Origin: Bacilli bacterium
GTDB lineage: Bacteria; Bacillota_I; Bacilli_A; RFN20; CAG-826
Direction of reading: 5' to 3'
Length of the DNA stretch: 64,000 bases
Assembly: GCA_045222195.1 (NCBI GenBank)
Contig: JBGUXN010000002.1
Span: forward strand, 17,659-81,658
Below, one piece after another: positions 8,743-16,676 of this stretch. The position numbers and the translations under genes were made by a program. The notes beneath the pieces are model-generated. The model was not told where the DNA came from. It saw nothing but the letters and a program-made list of their open reading frames with translations, and did no database searches. Each line of letters opens with the position of its first letter. Positions within the stretch are counted from its first letter, which is position 1.

Positions 8743-9330
8743 ATGAAAAAGCTATCTTGTCTTTCTTTACTCTTAATACCTCTTGTTTTAAGTGGTTGCC
8801 TTTCTCATCCTCAAACACATAAAGATCCAAGTGAATATTTTTCTTGTTTGGAATCAGCGATTAATAACTCTGATTTCCATTCTGAGCTATATATTTTCCC
8901 TAAAAACGTCAAAGAAGAATCGATAAGTAACTTTGCTTATCAAACTAGTGATGGCCTCTTTAATGGTTCTTATTTTTTCTATCTTGTTGTTAACTATAAT
9001 CAAGCGGATTTCGAACAAGAATTACTAAGATTAGATAGTGTTAAAGCCACGTTTAAAAAAGGGAATGAAAAACCAATCATTAAATATAAAGAGCATTATT
9101 TATATTTAACAATCAATAGAAATGAACGTTGTGAATACGTCAAATATAACGAAGAAAAACTTGAAATTGCTTATGTCTCAAATCAAATTTATGAATGGTA
9201 TAAAGTTGACATCAGCAATGATCATTTATTAGATGACGTTACTATTCCAAGCGAACTAGATGACGGCAATAATTCCTACAACATGTACTATTCCTACGAA
9301 GGTGATGTTGGTTGGTATGTTAATGACTAG
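8743..9330 (+). CDS. Lipoprotein, unknown function
   Basis: Signal peptide with lipobox LSGC. Confidence 0.65.
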   Translation: MKKLSCLSLLLIPLVLSGCLSHPQTHKDPSEYFSCLESAINNSDFHSELYIFPKNVKEESISNFAYQTSDGLFNGSYFFYLVVNYNQADFEQELLRLDSVKATFKKGNEKPIIKYKEHYLYLTINRNERCEYVKYNEEKLEIAYVSNQIYEWYKVDISNDHLLDDVTIPSELDDGNNSYNMYYSYEGDVGWYVND

Positions 9331-9338
9331 AAAACAAG

Positions 9339-9851
9339 ATGACTAATTACCGAAAAGCCACATTAGAAGATCTTCCCCAAGTCATGGAAGCCGTTGAAGA
9401 TTCTCGTGAAGTTTTAAGATTGCAAGGAAATGGGCAGTGGCAAGATGGCTATCCCAACAAAGATGACTTCGTTAACGACATCAAAAACGGTCGTCTTTTT
9501 GTCACTTATGAAAATGACCCAAATGAAATAATTGGTGTCTGCGCTTTAACATATCGTGAAGAAGATTATCATCATCTTTACGAAGGAGAGTGGTTAACCG
9601 ATCTTCCGTATATGGTTATGCACCGCGTCGCTATTAAAGAGAAATACCGTAACCAAGGGTATGGTAAAAAACTATTTGAAGTTTTTATTAAACAAGCTAA
9701 AAAAGAAGGCTTCAATTCTTTGAGAATAGACACTCACAAAGGTAATAAAGTCATGCGTCACCTCATAGAATCGTTCGGTTTTGTCTACTGTGGCAAAGCC
9801 ATACTAACTCCAGATAAAGATAGAATGGTGTTTGAAAAAGTCTTAAAATAG
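9339..9851 (+). CDS. GNAT-family N-acetyltransferase
   Basis: Acetyl-CoA binding block VAIKEKYRNQGYGKKLF. Confidence 0.8.
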   Translation: MTNYRKATLEDLPQVMEAVEDSREVLRLQGNGQWQDGYPNKDDFVNDIKNGRLFVTYENDPNEIIGVCALTYREEDYHHLYEGEWLTDLPYMVMHRVAIKEKYRNQGYGKKLFEVFIKQAKKEGFNSLRIDTHKGNKVMRHLIESFGFVYCGKAILTPDKDRMVFEKVLK

Positions 9852-10050
9852 GTTAAATCATTTTTCAAAACCAGCCTAATGAAAAAACAAAATATTCTTA
9901 ATAATTTTGTTAGTTGCTGTGACAAAGACCAGCTTTAATTACGTTTATTGACTAGACAATAAAATATTTGAATGATATAACTTTATATTATTAGTGCTTT
10001 GCACAATGGTTTTTCGTTTCTAAATTGTTTGCCGTCCAAGGAGGTAATTA

Positions 10051-10596
10051 GTGAAAAAGTCTTTAAAACTTATCTTAAGTTCAATTGCTCTGATTTCTTT
10101 AATTGCATGTAGCGAAACTTACAAACCTAGCCACGAATTACCAAGCAGCATTGATGATACTAGTGTCCAAGAATCAATAAGTAGTTCTGAAGACACAACA
10201 TCCGAAGAAATCTCCTCAAGCAGTAGTGAGATATCTTCCGCTTCTAGCTCCTCTAGTGAAGAACAGTCATCATCGGCCCCATCTTCATCTAGCGAACAAC
10301 AATCATCCACTGAGGAACAATCTTCTAGTCAAGAACAGTCATCATCAGAAGAAGGAACTTACTATCATGTCACATTCATCAACTATGATGACAGCGTGCT
10401 CTACGAAGTTGATGTTCTAGAAGGACAAGAAGCAATCTATAACGGTGAAACCCCAATTAAACCAGAAGATGATGAATTCGTTTACGAGTTCAAAGGGTGG
10501 GATCAAGTTCTCACAAACATTCTCTCTGATTTAACCGTTAAAGCGGAATATTCATATACCGCGAAAGAAAACTGGGGTTCAATAATTTGGTTCTAA
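10051..10596 (+). CDS. Ser-rich lipoprotein with a C-terminal InlB B-repeat (Listeria-Bacteroides repeat) module
   Basis: GTG start 6 nt after AAGGAGG. Lipobox LIAC and a long SSSE/EQSS low-complexity tract. C-terminal YHVTFINYDDSVLYEVDVLEGQEAIYNGETPIKPEDDEFVYEFKGWD. Confidence 0.7.
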   Translation: MKKSLKLILSSIALISLIACSETYKPSHELPSSIDDTSVQESISSSEDTTSEEISSSSSEISSASSSSSEEQSSSAPSSSSEQQSSTEEQSSSQEQSSSEEGTYYHVTFINYDDSVLYEVDVLEGQEAIYNGETPIKPEDDEFVYEFKGWDQVLTNILSDLTVKAEYSYTAKENWGSIIWF

Positions 10597-10618
10597 TTAA
10601 TTGAGGAGGAAATCAATT

Positions 10619-10750
10619 ATGGAAGATAAGAAAAAATACGTAAAACCAGATGCTAATGTTGTCGATTTCGTCGATGAAGACATCATCACATTAAGTCTTG
10701 GCACACAAAACGGTGACTGGACAGAAGATGACAACGGCGAAAACATGTAG
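10619..10750 (+). CDS. Unannotated 43-aa acidic peptide (MEDKKKYVKPDANVVDFVDEDIITLSLGTQNGDWTEDDNGENM)
   Basis: ATG lies 9 nt after GAGGAGG (10603-10609); stop is TAG at 10748-10750. Fits exactly between two lipoprotein genes that use equally strong SDs. Confidence 0.6.
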   Translation: MEDKKKYVKPDANVVDFVDEDIITLSLGTQNGDWTEDDNGENM

Positions 10751-10762
10751 GAGGAAACGACC

Positions 10763-11983
10763 ATGAAGAAAAAATTACTTTTAGCAGTTCTTCCTGCTTT
10801 GCTAGTTCTTGCTTCTTGCTCTGCCCAACCAAATGCTAAAGCAGAACCAATCTTCCAAGAAGATACATTAGCTCACGAGGAAATCTTTGGTGAAGCAGAA
10901 GGTTTTGAATTAAGAGCACCAAAGCGTAACTTGGACAGCGACCCATACATGGCCGATAGAGCTCAACCAGCGATTGGCGTTCAATATCAAGAAAATGGTG
11001 ACAATATTTCGATTCGTTTTGTTGCTGCTATCGATATCGGTGAAGCAAATCTTGCTGATGTTAGTGCGGTTTGGCATAGAGTCTTATATTGGGATGATGG
11101 TTCCGTTGGTAAAGCTGATGCTCCAAAAGAATCTCTCAAGGCTTATACATCTTTGAATAACAAAGGAGACATTTATTCCATTAGTGACTTTAACGGCGCT
11201 ACAGGAACATATGACTATTTCGTTGTTTACACGTTGTTAAATGTTAAAAAGTCAGACTATCAATATTGCCGTTTGAATGCTTACTTGGAATTAAATGGTG
11301 GTGCTTCATATTCTAAAGTGTTATCAACAACCCTTGGCGGCGAATATAGATTTACATTTGACCACAATGATTCTGGTTACTTCTTGGCCGGAAAGATTAA
11401 TGGTGTTGAAAACGCTGTCGTTAAGCAACATTCACCAACATTGGGTAACGATAATCAAGCTTCGTTTATTGCAGACATCCAAAGCAACGACATGTTCTTT
11501 GTTGTTCACAAAACAGATGGTTATTTCGGAGTTAAAGGTGGCAGTGATGTTAGAAATTCATCTGACTTCGTTGCTAGCGAAGGAATGATTAAAGCAAACC
11601 AATCTGGAAACTTTGCTTTCTATTTTGGGAATGATAACCTAATTTATCCTTCTGGTAAATTAGTTACTGGTGGAAAAGGCTATTATGTTAGAGGCGAAAC
11701 TGCAAAAGGATGGGATGATTTAACTTTAGAATTACACCAAGACAACTGGGAAAACCTTATGTTGATTGAAAATGTTCAATTAACCGAAAATAAAGAGTTC
11801 AAAATTGGCACCAGCAACTGGAGCGCTGAATACAACTGGTACAATTTACTTGATTCTTCTAAGGACAATTTCGAAAAAGCAGACGGCGAAAGTTCTAATA
11901 TTAGAGTGAAATCTGGCAAGGGCGGCACTTATAACATTTACATTACAATTAACCAATGCCTTTCTATTGCGAAAGTTGCTTAA
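10763..11983 (+). CDS. Lipoprotein, unknown function (C-terminal Trp-rich module, possibly carbohydrate-binding)
   Basis: AGGAGG SD and lipobox LASC. C-terminal GYYVRGETAKGWDD...EFKIGTSNWSAEYNWYN; the CBM idea is a guess. Confidence 0.6.
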   Translation: MKKKLLLAVLPALLVLASCSAQPNAKAEPIFQEDTLAHEEIFGEAEGFELRAPKRNLDSDPYMADRAQPAIGVQYQENGDNISIRFVAAIDIGEANLADVSAVWHRVLYWDDGSVGKADAPKESLKAYTSLNNKGDIYSISDFNGATGTYDYFVVYTLLNVKKSDYQYCRLNAYLELNGGASYSKVLSTTLGGEYRFTFDHNDSGYFLAGKINGVENAVVKQHSPTLGNDNQASFIADIQSNDMFFVVHKTDGYFGVKGGSDVRNSSDFVASEGMIKANQSGNFAFYFGNDNLIYPSGKLVTGGKGYYVRGETAKGWDDLTLELHQDNWENLMLIENVQLTENKEFKIGTSNWSAEYNWYNLLDSSKDNFEKADGESSNIRVKSGKGGTYNIYITINQCLSIAKVA

Positions 11984-12007
11984 TTCATAATTTTCATTAT
12001 TTCTTAT

Positions 12008-12036
12008 AGAGCTTCTTTATGAAGCTCTTTTCTTTT
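12008..12036 (+). terminator. Rho-independent terminator of the lipoprotein operon
   Basis: AGAGCTTC (12008-12015) pairs with GAAGCTCT (12021-12028), followed by TTTTCTTTT. Confidence 0.8.
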
Positions 12037-12143
12037 GCATTTTCTCTATTTCATATGAATAGAAAATCGGCTCAAGCGTGACTTGGTCCATTCATTGCGA
12101 TCAAACACGCTCATAGTAGATATACGCTAAATAATAATTGTTT

Positions 12144-12197
12144 AAACTAGACTGTCTTTACAAACATTCTAGTTTTTCTTTCATTAAAGATATAATA
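12144..12197 (+). repeat. Hairpin/T-tract/-10 cassette, copy A
   Basis: AAACTAGA (12144-12151), 16 nt loop, TCTAGTTT (12168-12175), then TTCTTT and TATAAT (12191-12196). Confidence 0.7.
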
Positions 12198-12215
12198 TCT
12201 GTATACTTGTAACAA

Positions 12216-13604
12216 ATGTTGACCAAATTATTTCCATCTCTAGAAAATAACAAAGTTATAGTACTTCTCAATAAGTTTCTATATTCATATTATTACTTAG
12301 CTTTTATCGCGTTATTGACCGCTTTATCTTGTCTATTTGGTTTTGAGATGGTGACATATTACATCTATGTCCTATGTGGTGGTATCTTACCTTGCTTATT
12401 CTCTAAAGATATGACACCAATCTTTGCGCCTTTAGGTATGGCGTATTCTTCTGTTTCTTTAAGAACAAAAGACGTAGAGAACAATAAAACTCTATTTGGC
12501 GCTCAAATGTATCATTTATATATTCTTCTTGTTTTAATCGTGATCTTCGTTGGTGGAAGATTAATCTTTGATCTAATCACTAATAAAGAAAAAAGACATT
12601 ATTTTCCACGTTTAACAATTGGTTATATCATCTTTGGTGTAGCCCTGATCATCGGTGGTATTAATTCTCAATATTATACCGCTAGAGATTTCACCTTTGG
12701 TTTAGTGGAATGCCTAGCATTATCTGGTTGTTATTTCATTTTGATATACATCATTGATTGGAAAAACATCAAAAAAGAATATTATGCCTTCTTAATGCTA
12801 TTCTATGGCTTAGCCTTAGTTATTGAAGTGCTAGTTATCAGAATCACCAATGGTGGTGAAACAGTGAGAACTGGTTGGGGTATCAGCAATAATATCGCTG
12901 GCCAATTATGCATGTGCTTAGCAGGCCCAGTATATTTGGCCATAAAGAAAAAGCTGGCGCCTCTCTATTTAATTAGTGAAGGCACCATCCTTTTAGCCAT
13001 TGGCCTCACTAATTCCAGAACCGGCGCCTTAATGGGTACGATTATTTGTATCGGTTCATTAGTCATCTTCTTTATCAAAGCGGATAACAAGAAAAGACTT
13101 GCTGCTGGTATTATTGGTTGTCTAGCCATTACCTTATTCCTTGGCTTCACATTTATCTTTATGGATACTTTTGCCGTGGCATTTGAAGGCTTATTTAATA
13201 GAAGAAGCGGTACTTTCTCTTTAAACGGTAGACAAATCATTTGGGAACAAGCCTATAACAGTTTTATATCCAATCCGTCATTAGGAGTTGGTTGGTATCA
13301 ATGTAACTTTGGTAGAAGTGATTACTTTGCCTATAGCTTTGTGCCTGGAAGATATCACAATACCTTCTTCCAAATCATTGCGACGATGGGCTTGTTCGGC
13401 TTAATAGCGTACGCCTTCCATCGTTATCAAACTATTAAGATGGTTTTCAAAAAACCAACACTAGAAAAGATATTTATCTTTATTTCTATTCTAGGCCTCT
13501 TATTAACATCGTTATTTGATTGCCATTTCTTTAACTTAGGTCCAGGTCTAAATTACTGCATCGCTTTAGCGTTTTTAGAAGGGATTGTTATAGCGGCAAA
13601 CTAG
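12216..13604 (+). CDS. O-antigen ligase/polymerase-like (Wzy_C superfamily) polytopic membrane protein
   Basis: About 12 hydrophobic helices. Characteristic loop GLTNSRTGALMG, later GVGWYQ...RYHNTFFQIIATMG. No SD upstream. Confidence 0.65.
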   Translation: MLTKLFPSLENNKVIVLLNKFLYSYYYLAFIALLTALSCLFGFEMVTYYIYVLCGGILPCLFSKDMTPIFAPLGMAYSSVSLRTKDVENNKTLFGAQMYHLYILLVLIVIFVGGRLIFDLITNKEKRHYFPRLTIGYIIFGVALIIGGINSQYYTARDFTFGLVECLALSGCYFILIYIIDWKNIKKEYYAFLMLFYGLALVIEVLVIRITNGGETVRTGWGISNNIAGQLCMCLAGPVYLAIKKKLAPLYLISEGTILLAIGLTNSRTGALMGTIICIGSLVIFFIKADNKKRLAAGIIGCLAITLFLGFTFIFMDTFAVAFEGLFNRRSGTFSLNGRQIIWEQAYNSFISNPSLGVGWYQCNFGRSDYFAYSFVPGRYHNTFFQIIATMGLFGLIAYAFHRYQTIKMVFKKPTLEKIFIFISILGLLLTSLFDCHFFNLGPGLNYCIALAFLEGIVIAAN

Positions 13605-13641
13605 ATTGTGTTTAAACAGTCTAGTTTTTCTTTTATAATAT
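13598..13641 (+). repeat. Hairpin/T-tract/-10 cassette, copy B
   Basis: AAACTAGA (13598-13605, contains the TAG stop of the upstream gene), 14 nt loop, TCTAGTTT (13620-13627), then TTCTTTT and TATAAT (13634-13639). Confidence 0.7.
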
Positions 13642-14368
13642 GAATACACAAATGATTAACTTTAGAATCAAAATCGCTGATAAGGTCTTAGACATTAATG
13701 CTTTTAATGAAACTACGAAAAGATATTGTCGTCATTTTTTAAGTGAAGAAGAACCAGACTATGTCATTACCATGACCGAAGAAGATCTTAAAAACGAATC
13801 ATCTAATTCAGCGGATGGCAAAGTCTATGTTAATGAAGAAATAAGCGCTTTATATAGAAAGATCGCTAATATATTCGTTAATGATGGCATTATCGTTTTT
13901 CATGGTTCTTCATTTATGGTTGATGGTAGTGGTTTTCTTATCACCGCGAGAAGTGGTGTTGGTAAATCCACGCATTCAAGACTCTTAAATGAATTAATGG
14001 GTGAAGATTTTATCTATATCAATGACGATAAGCCTCTTATTTTAGTTAATGATTCGGTGACTATTTATTCTTCTCCTTGGAACGGTAAAGAAAGAAGAGG
14101 GAATAATGTGTCCGCTCCTTTAAAAGCTATTATGTTTTTATCTAGAAGCGAAACACCTTCTTTTAGAAAGATTGTTAGTAAAGAAGAAATCTATATTAAG
14201 ATGCTCTCTCAAATCTACTTACCAAAAGAAAAAGACTTAAGAGAAAAAGCCTTAAAGATCGCAGATAAATTATTAAGACAAGTTAATTTTTATGAAATAA
14301 ATGTTAATCAAGATATTGAATCCGCTAAAATGACATATGAAAGGATTATCAAAGATGAAATTAAATAA
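13640..14368 (+). CDS. HPr-kinase-C-terminal-domain-like P-loop protein (putative peptide/substrate kinase)
   Basis: FHGSSFMVDGSGFLITARSGVGKSTHSRLL...FIYINDDKPLI resembles HprK-related kinases from lasso/PqqD clusters. The start could instead be ATG 13652. Confidence 0.6.
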   Translation: MNTQMINFRIKIADKVLDINAFNETTKRYCRHFLSEEEPDYVITMTEEDLKNESSNSADGKVYVNEEISALYRKIANIFVNDGIIVFHGSSFMVDGSGFLITARSGVGKSTHSRLLNELMGEDFIYINDDKPLILVNDSVTIYSSPWNGKERRGNNVSAPLKAIMFLSRSETPSFRKIVSKEEIYIKMLSQIYLPKEKDLREKALKIADKLLRQVNFYEINVNQDIESAKMTYERIIKDEIK

Positions 14369-14624
14369 TGATTTTTTAATCCATGATACTGGTAATGGAG
14401 AAATGCTCATCCCAGTGGGGGAAGAAACTAAAAAGTTCCACGGTGTCATTAAACTTAATGCTACTGGCTCTGAAATAGTCCATCTTCTAGAAGAAGACAT
14501 TTCTTTAGATGCCTTACTTAATCACTTCTATGAAGCTTATCCAGATGATGATAAGGAAATGATTAAAACTACAGTTACTGAATTTATTAACAAGTTAAGA
14601 GAAGTCAATGCAATCACCTTATAA
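14355..14624 (+). CDS. PqqD-family protein (RiPP recognition element-like)
   Basis: About 90 aa: FLIHDTGNGEMLIPVG...VIKLNATGSEIVHLLEEDISLDALLNHFYEAYP...TVTEFINKLREVNAI. AAGGA SD precedes ATG 14355; the ORF track starts at 14337. Confidence 0.65.
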   Translation: MKLNNDFLIHDTGNGEMLIPVGEETKKFHGVIKLNATGSEIVHLLEEDISLDALLNHFYEAYPDDDKEMIKTTVTEFINKLREVNAITL

Positions 14625-15039
14625 GTTTGAAGAAGTATTAGAAAAAGACGGAGAACTCTTTTTTACTAATGTTGGGTATTCAATGTATCCACTAATTAAA
14701 GAAAGAGAGGATATTTTACATATCGTTACTTCTAATACATTTCAAAAAGGTGACATCATTCTTTTTAAATCAAAAGAAGAACACTATGTATTACATAGAA
14801 TCTTAAAGATTAAAAAAGATAAGATTATAACCGCAGGAGACTATAATTATTTTAAAGATCAACCAATCGTTAAAGAGCAGATATTAGGTAAACTAATAGA
14901 TATTAAAAAGAAAGACGGTAAGATCATCGATTTATCTAAAGATAAGAAAGGAAGAAAATTCTGGTACACTAATTTCTTTCCTATCAAAGCTTTCTTTCAA
15001 AAGGCTGGTAAAGTCTTACACTTAAGGAAAATCAAATGA
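14608..15039 (+). CDS. Soluble S24/S26-like serine peptidase (SipW/Sec11-like Ser-His pattern)
   Basis: GYSMYP (GxSMxP), GDIILF, VLHRIL, TAGDYN. No N-terminal TM helix. Overlaps both neighbouring genes. Confidence 0.6.
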   Translation: MQSPYKFEEVLEKDGELFFTNVGYSMYPLIKEREDILHIVTSNTFQKGDIILFKSKEEHYVLHRILKIKKDKIITAGDYNYFKDQPIVKEQILGKLIDIKKKDGKIIDLSKDKKGRKFWYTNFFPIKAFFQKAGKVLHLRKIK

Positions 15040-16676
15040 GAAACAAAGAAACATTAAGGTTCATTAATAGCAATATTAAGGGCTGTAAAGCTAAGATAGC
15101 CATTCTTTCTATTGCTCAAATCTTATTAGGTGCCTTAACCGTAGCGTTCTCATTTATGCTTAGATACGTAATAGGGGCGATTGAAGCAAAAGATCAAGAC
15201 GCTTTAATGCTATATACCATCATCATTGGTTCTATCGCTTTACTTCTTGTCGTTTTACAAATCTTCTACCGTATCTATTACGAAGTAAGCTTCGTGGATA
15301 TTGAAAATAAGCTCAAAAAGAACTTATTCCAAACCATCTTAAACAAAGATTACCAAGAAATTAAAAAGACCCATGATGAAGAATGGATTCATCGATTAAC
15401 TAGTGACACGAATGTGATTGCTTCATCAATATTGTCCATCTTACCTTCTTTATGTAGAATGGTGGTCCAATTAGTTTTAGCGTTAGCCGCGATTATCTAC
15501 TTATATCCAATCTTTGGTTTATCTTTATTGCCATTTATTGTTCTTATCATCTTAATTACCTATTTCATGCGTAAACGCCTTAAAAAGGCCCATCACCTAG
15601 TACAAGAAACAGATGGTAAGGTCAAAGTCTTCTTCTTTGAATCATTACAAGGTTTATCCATCGTCCATAGCTTTGTTAAAGAAGATGTCTTCTCTAAGAA
15701 AAATGAAGAAAACCTAGAAGCCTATAAGAAAGCCAGATTTAAAAGAAACGTTTTCGCGGTGATCTGCTCCATCGGTTTTGTCGTTGTTTATTACGCTTTC
15801 TATATCTTAGCGATTATCTTCTGTGGTAACGCGATTATTAAAGGGGCGATGACCATTGGTTTATTAACCGCGGTAGTGGCCCTTCTTACTCAATTAACAG
15901 GACCATTAGGTAATATTACTTCAATTATTCCTCGTTATTATTCTTTATTAGCCAGTGGTGAACGCTTAAGAATTGAAAAAGAAGAATCATTTAGTTACTT
16001 ATCTAAAGAAGAAATCGCGGAATTCTATGATAAAGAATTTAAATCTTTGAATATCAACAAAGTCTCTTTCTCCTATATTGATAAATATGGTAACAGGGTT
16101 GATGCTCTTAAGGATTTCTCCTTATTGGTGAATAAGAATGAAAGAATTTTAATTAAAGGCCATTCTGGTGGTGGTAAAACCACTCTCTTTAAGATTATTC
16201 TTTCCTTGCTTAAACCAGAAAGCGGTGAAGTCTTGCTTAATAACGAAGCATTAGACGCTAAATATGAAAGATTATTCGCCTATGTTCCTCAAGATAACTT
16301 ATTGATGGAAGGCACTATTAAAGAAGTCATCTCTCTATACGATAAAGATGTCGATGATGATAAACTCCAAAAAGCCATTCGCTTAAGTAGTTCAGATGCT
16401 TTCATTAATGAATTAGCGTTAAAAGAAAATACTTACCTTAACGAAAAAGGTAGCGGTCTATCTCTTGGTGAAATGGAAAGAATCGCGATTGCTAGAGCCA
16501 TCTATAGCGATGCGCCTATCATGTTACTTGATGAATGTAGTGCTTCTTTAGATTTAGAAACAGAAAAGAAAGTCATTTCCAATATCCTTTCTTTAGAAAA
16601 TAAAACGATCTTATTAATCTCCCATCATAAGTATGATGAATCATTATTTGATAAAGTTATTGATCTAGGTGAATAA
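15036..16676 (+). CDS. ABC exporter, fused TMD-NBD
   Basis: Six N-terminal helices, Walker A GHSGGGKTT, degenerate signature LSLGEMER, Walker B MLLDECSASLD. ATGA overlap with the upstream gene. Confidence 0.85.
   Translation: MRNKETLRFINSNIKGCKAKIAILSIAQILLGALTVAFSFMLRYVIGAIEAKDQDALMLYTIIIGSIALLLVVLQIFYRIYYEVSFVDIENKLKKNLFQTILNKDYQEIKKTHDEEWIHRLTSDTNVIASSILSILPSLCRMVVQLVLALAAIIYLYPIFGLSLLPFIVLIILITYFMRKRLKKAHHLVQETDGKVKVFFFESLQGLSIVHSFVKEDVFSKKNEENLEAYKKARFKRNVFAVICSIGFVVVYYAFYILAIIFCGNAIIKGAMTIGLLTAVVALLTQLTGPLGNITSIIPRYYSLLASGERLRIEKEESFSYLSKEEIAEFYDKEFKSLNINKVSFSYIDKYGNRVDALKDFSLLVNKNERILIKGHSGGGKTTLFKIILSLLKPESGEVLLNNEALDAKYERLFAYVPQDNLLMEGTIKEVISLYDKDVDDDKLQKAIRLSSSDAFINELALKENTYLNEKGSGLSLGEMERIAIARAIYSDAPIMLLDECSASLDLETEKKVISNILSLENKTILLISHHKYDESLFDKVIDLGE

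Noticed and set aside
10119-10420. ORFs 10119-10310 (-) and 10226-10420 (+) inside the Ser-rich lipoprotein gene
   Set aside because: They are frame shadows of the low-complexity SSSE/EQSS tract. The lipoprotein frame has the SD, signal peptide, lipobox and a recognisable C-terminal repeat.
12046-12114. GC-richer patch in the 11984-12215 intergenic region, with a 22-aa minus-strand ORF (MSVFDRNEWTKSRLSRFSIHMK) and a GCGTG...CACGC dyad
   Set aside because: It has no SD, no promoter I can defend and no recognisable RNA motif. It is too short to call and could be a gene remnant or small RNA, but the evidence is insufficient.
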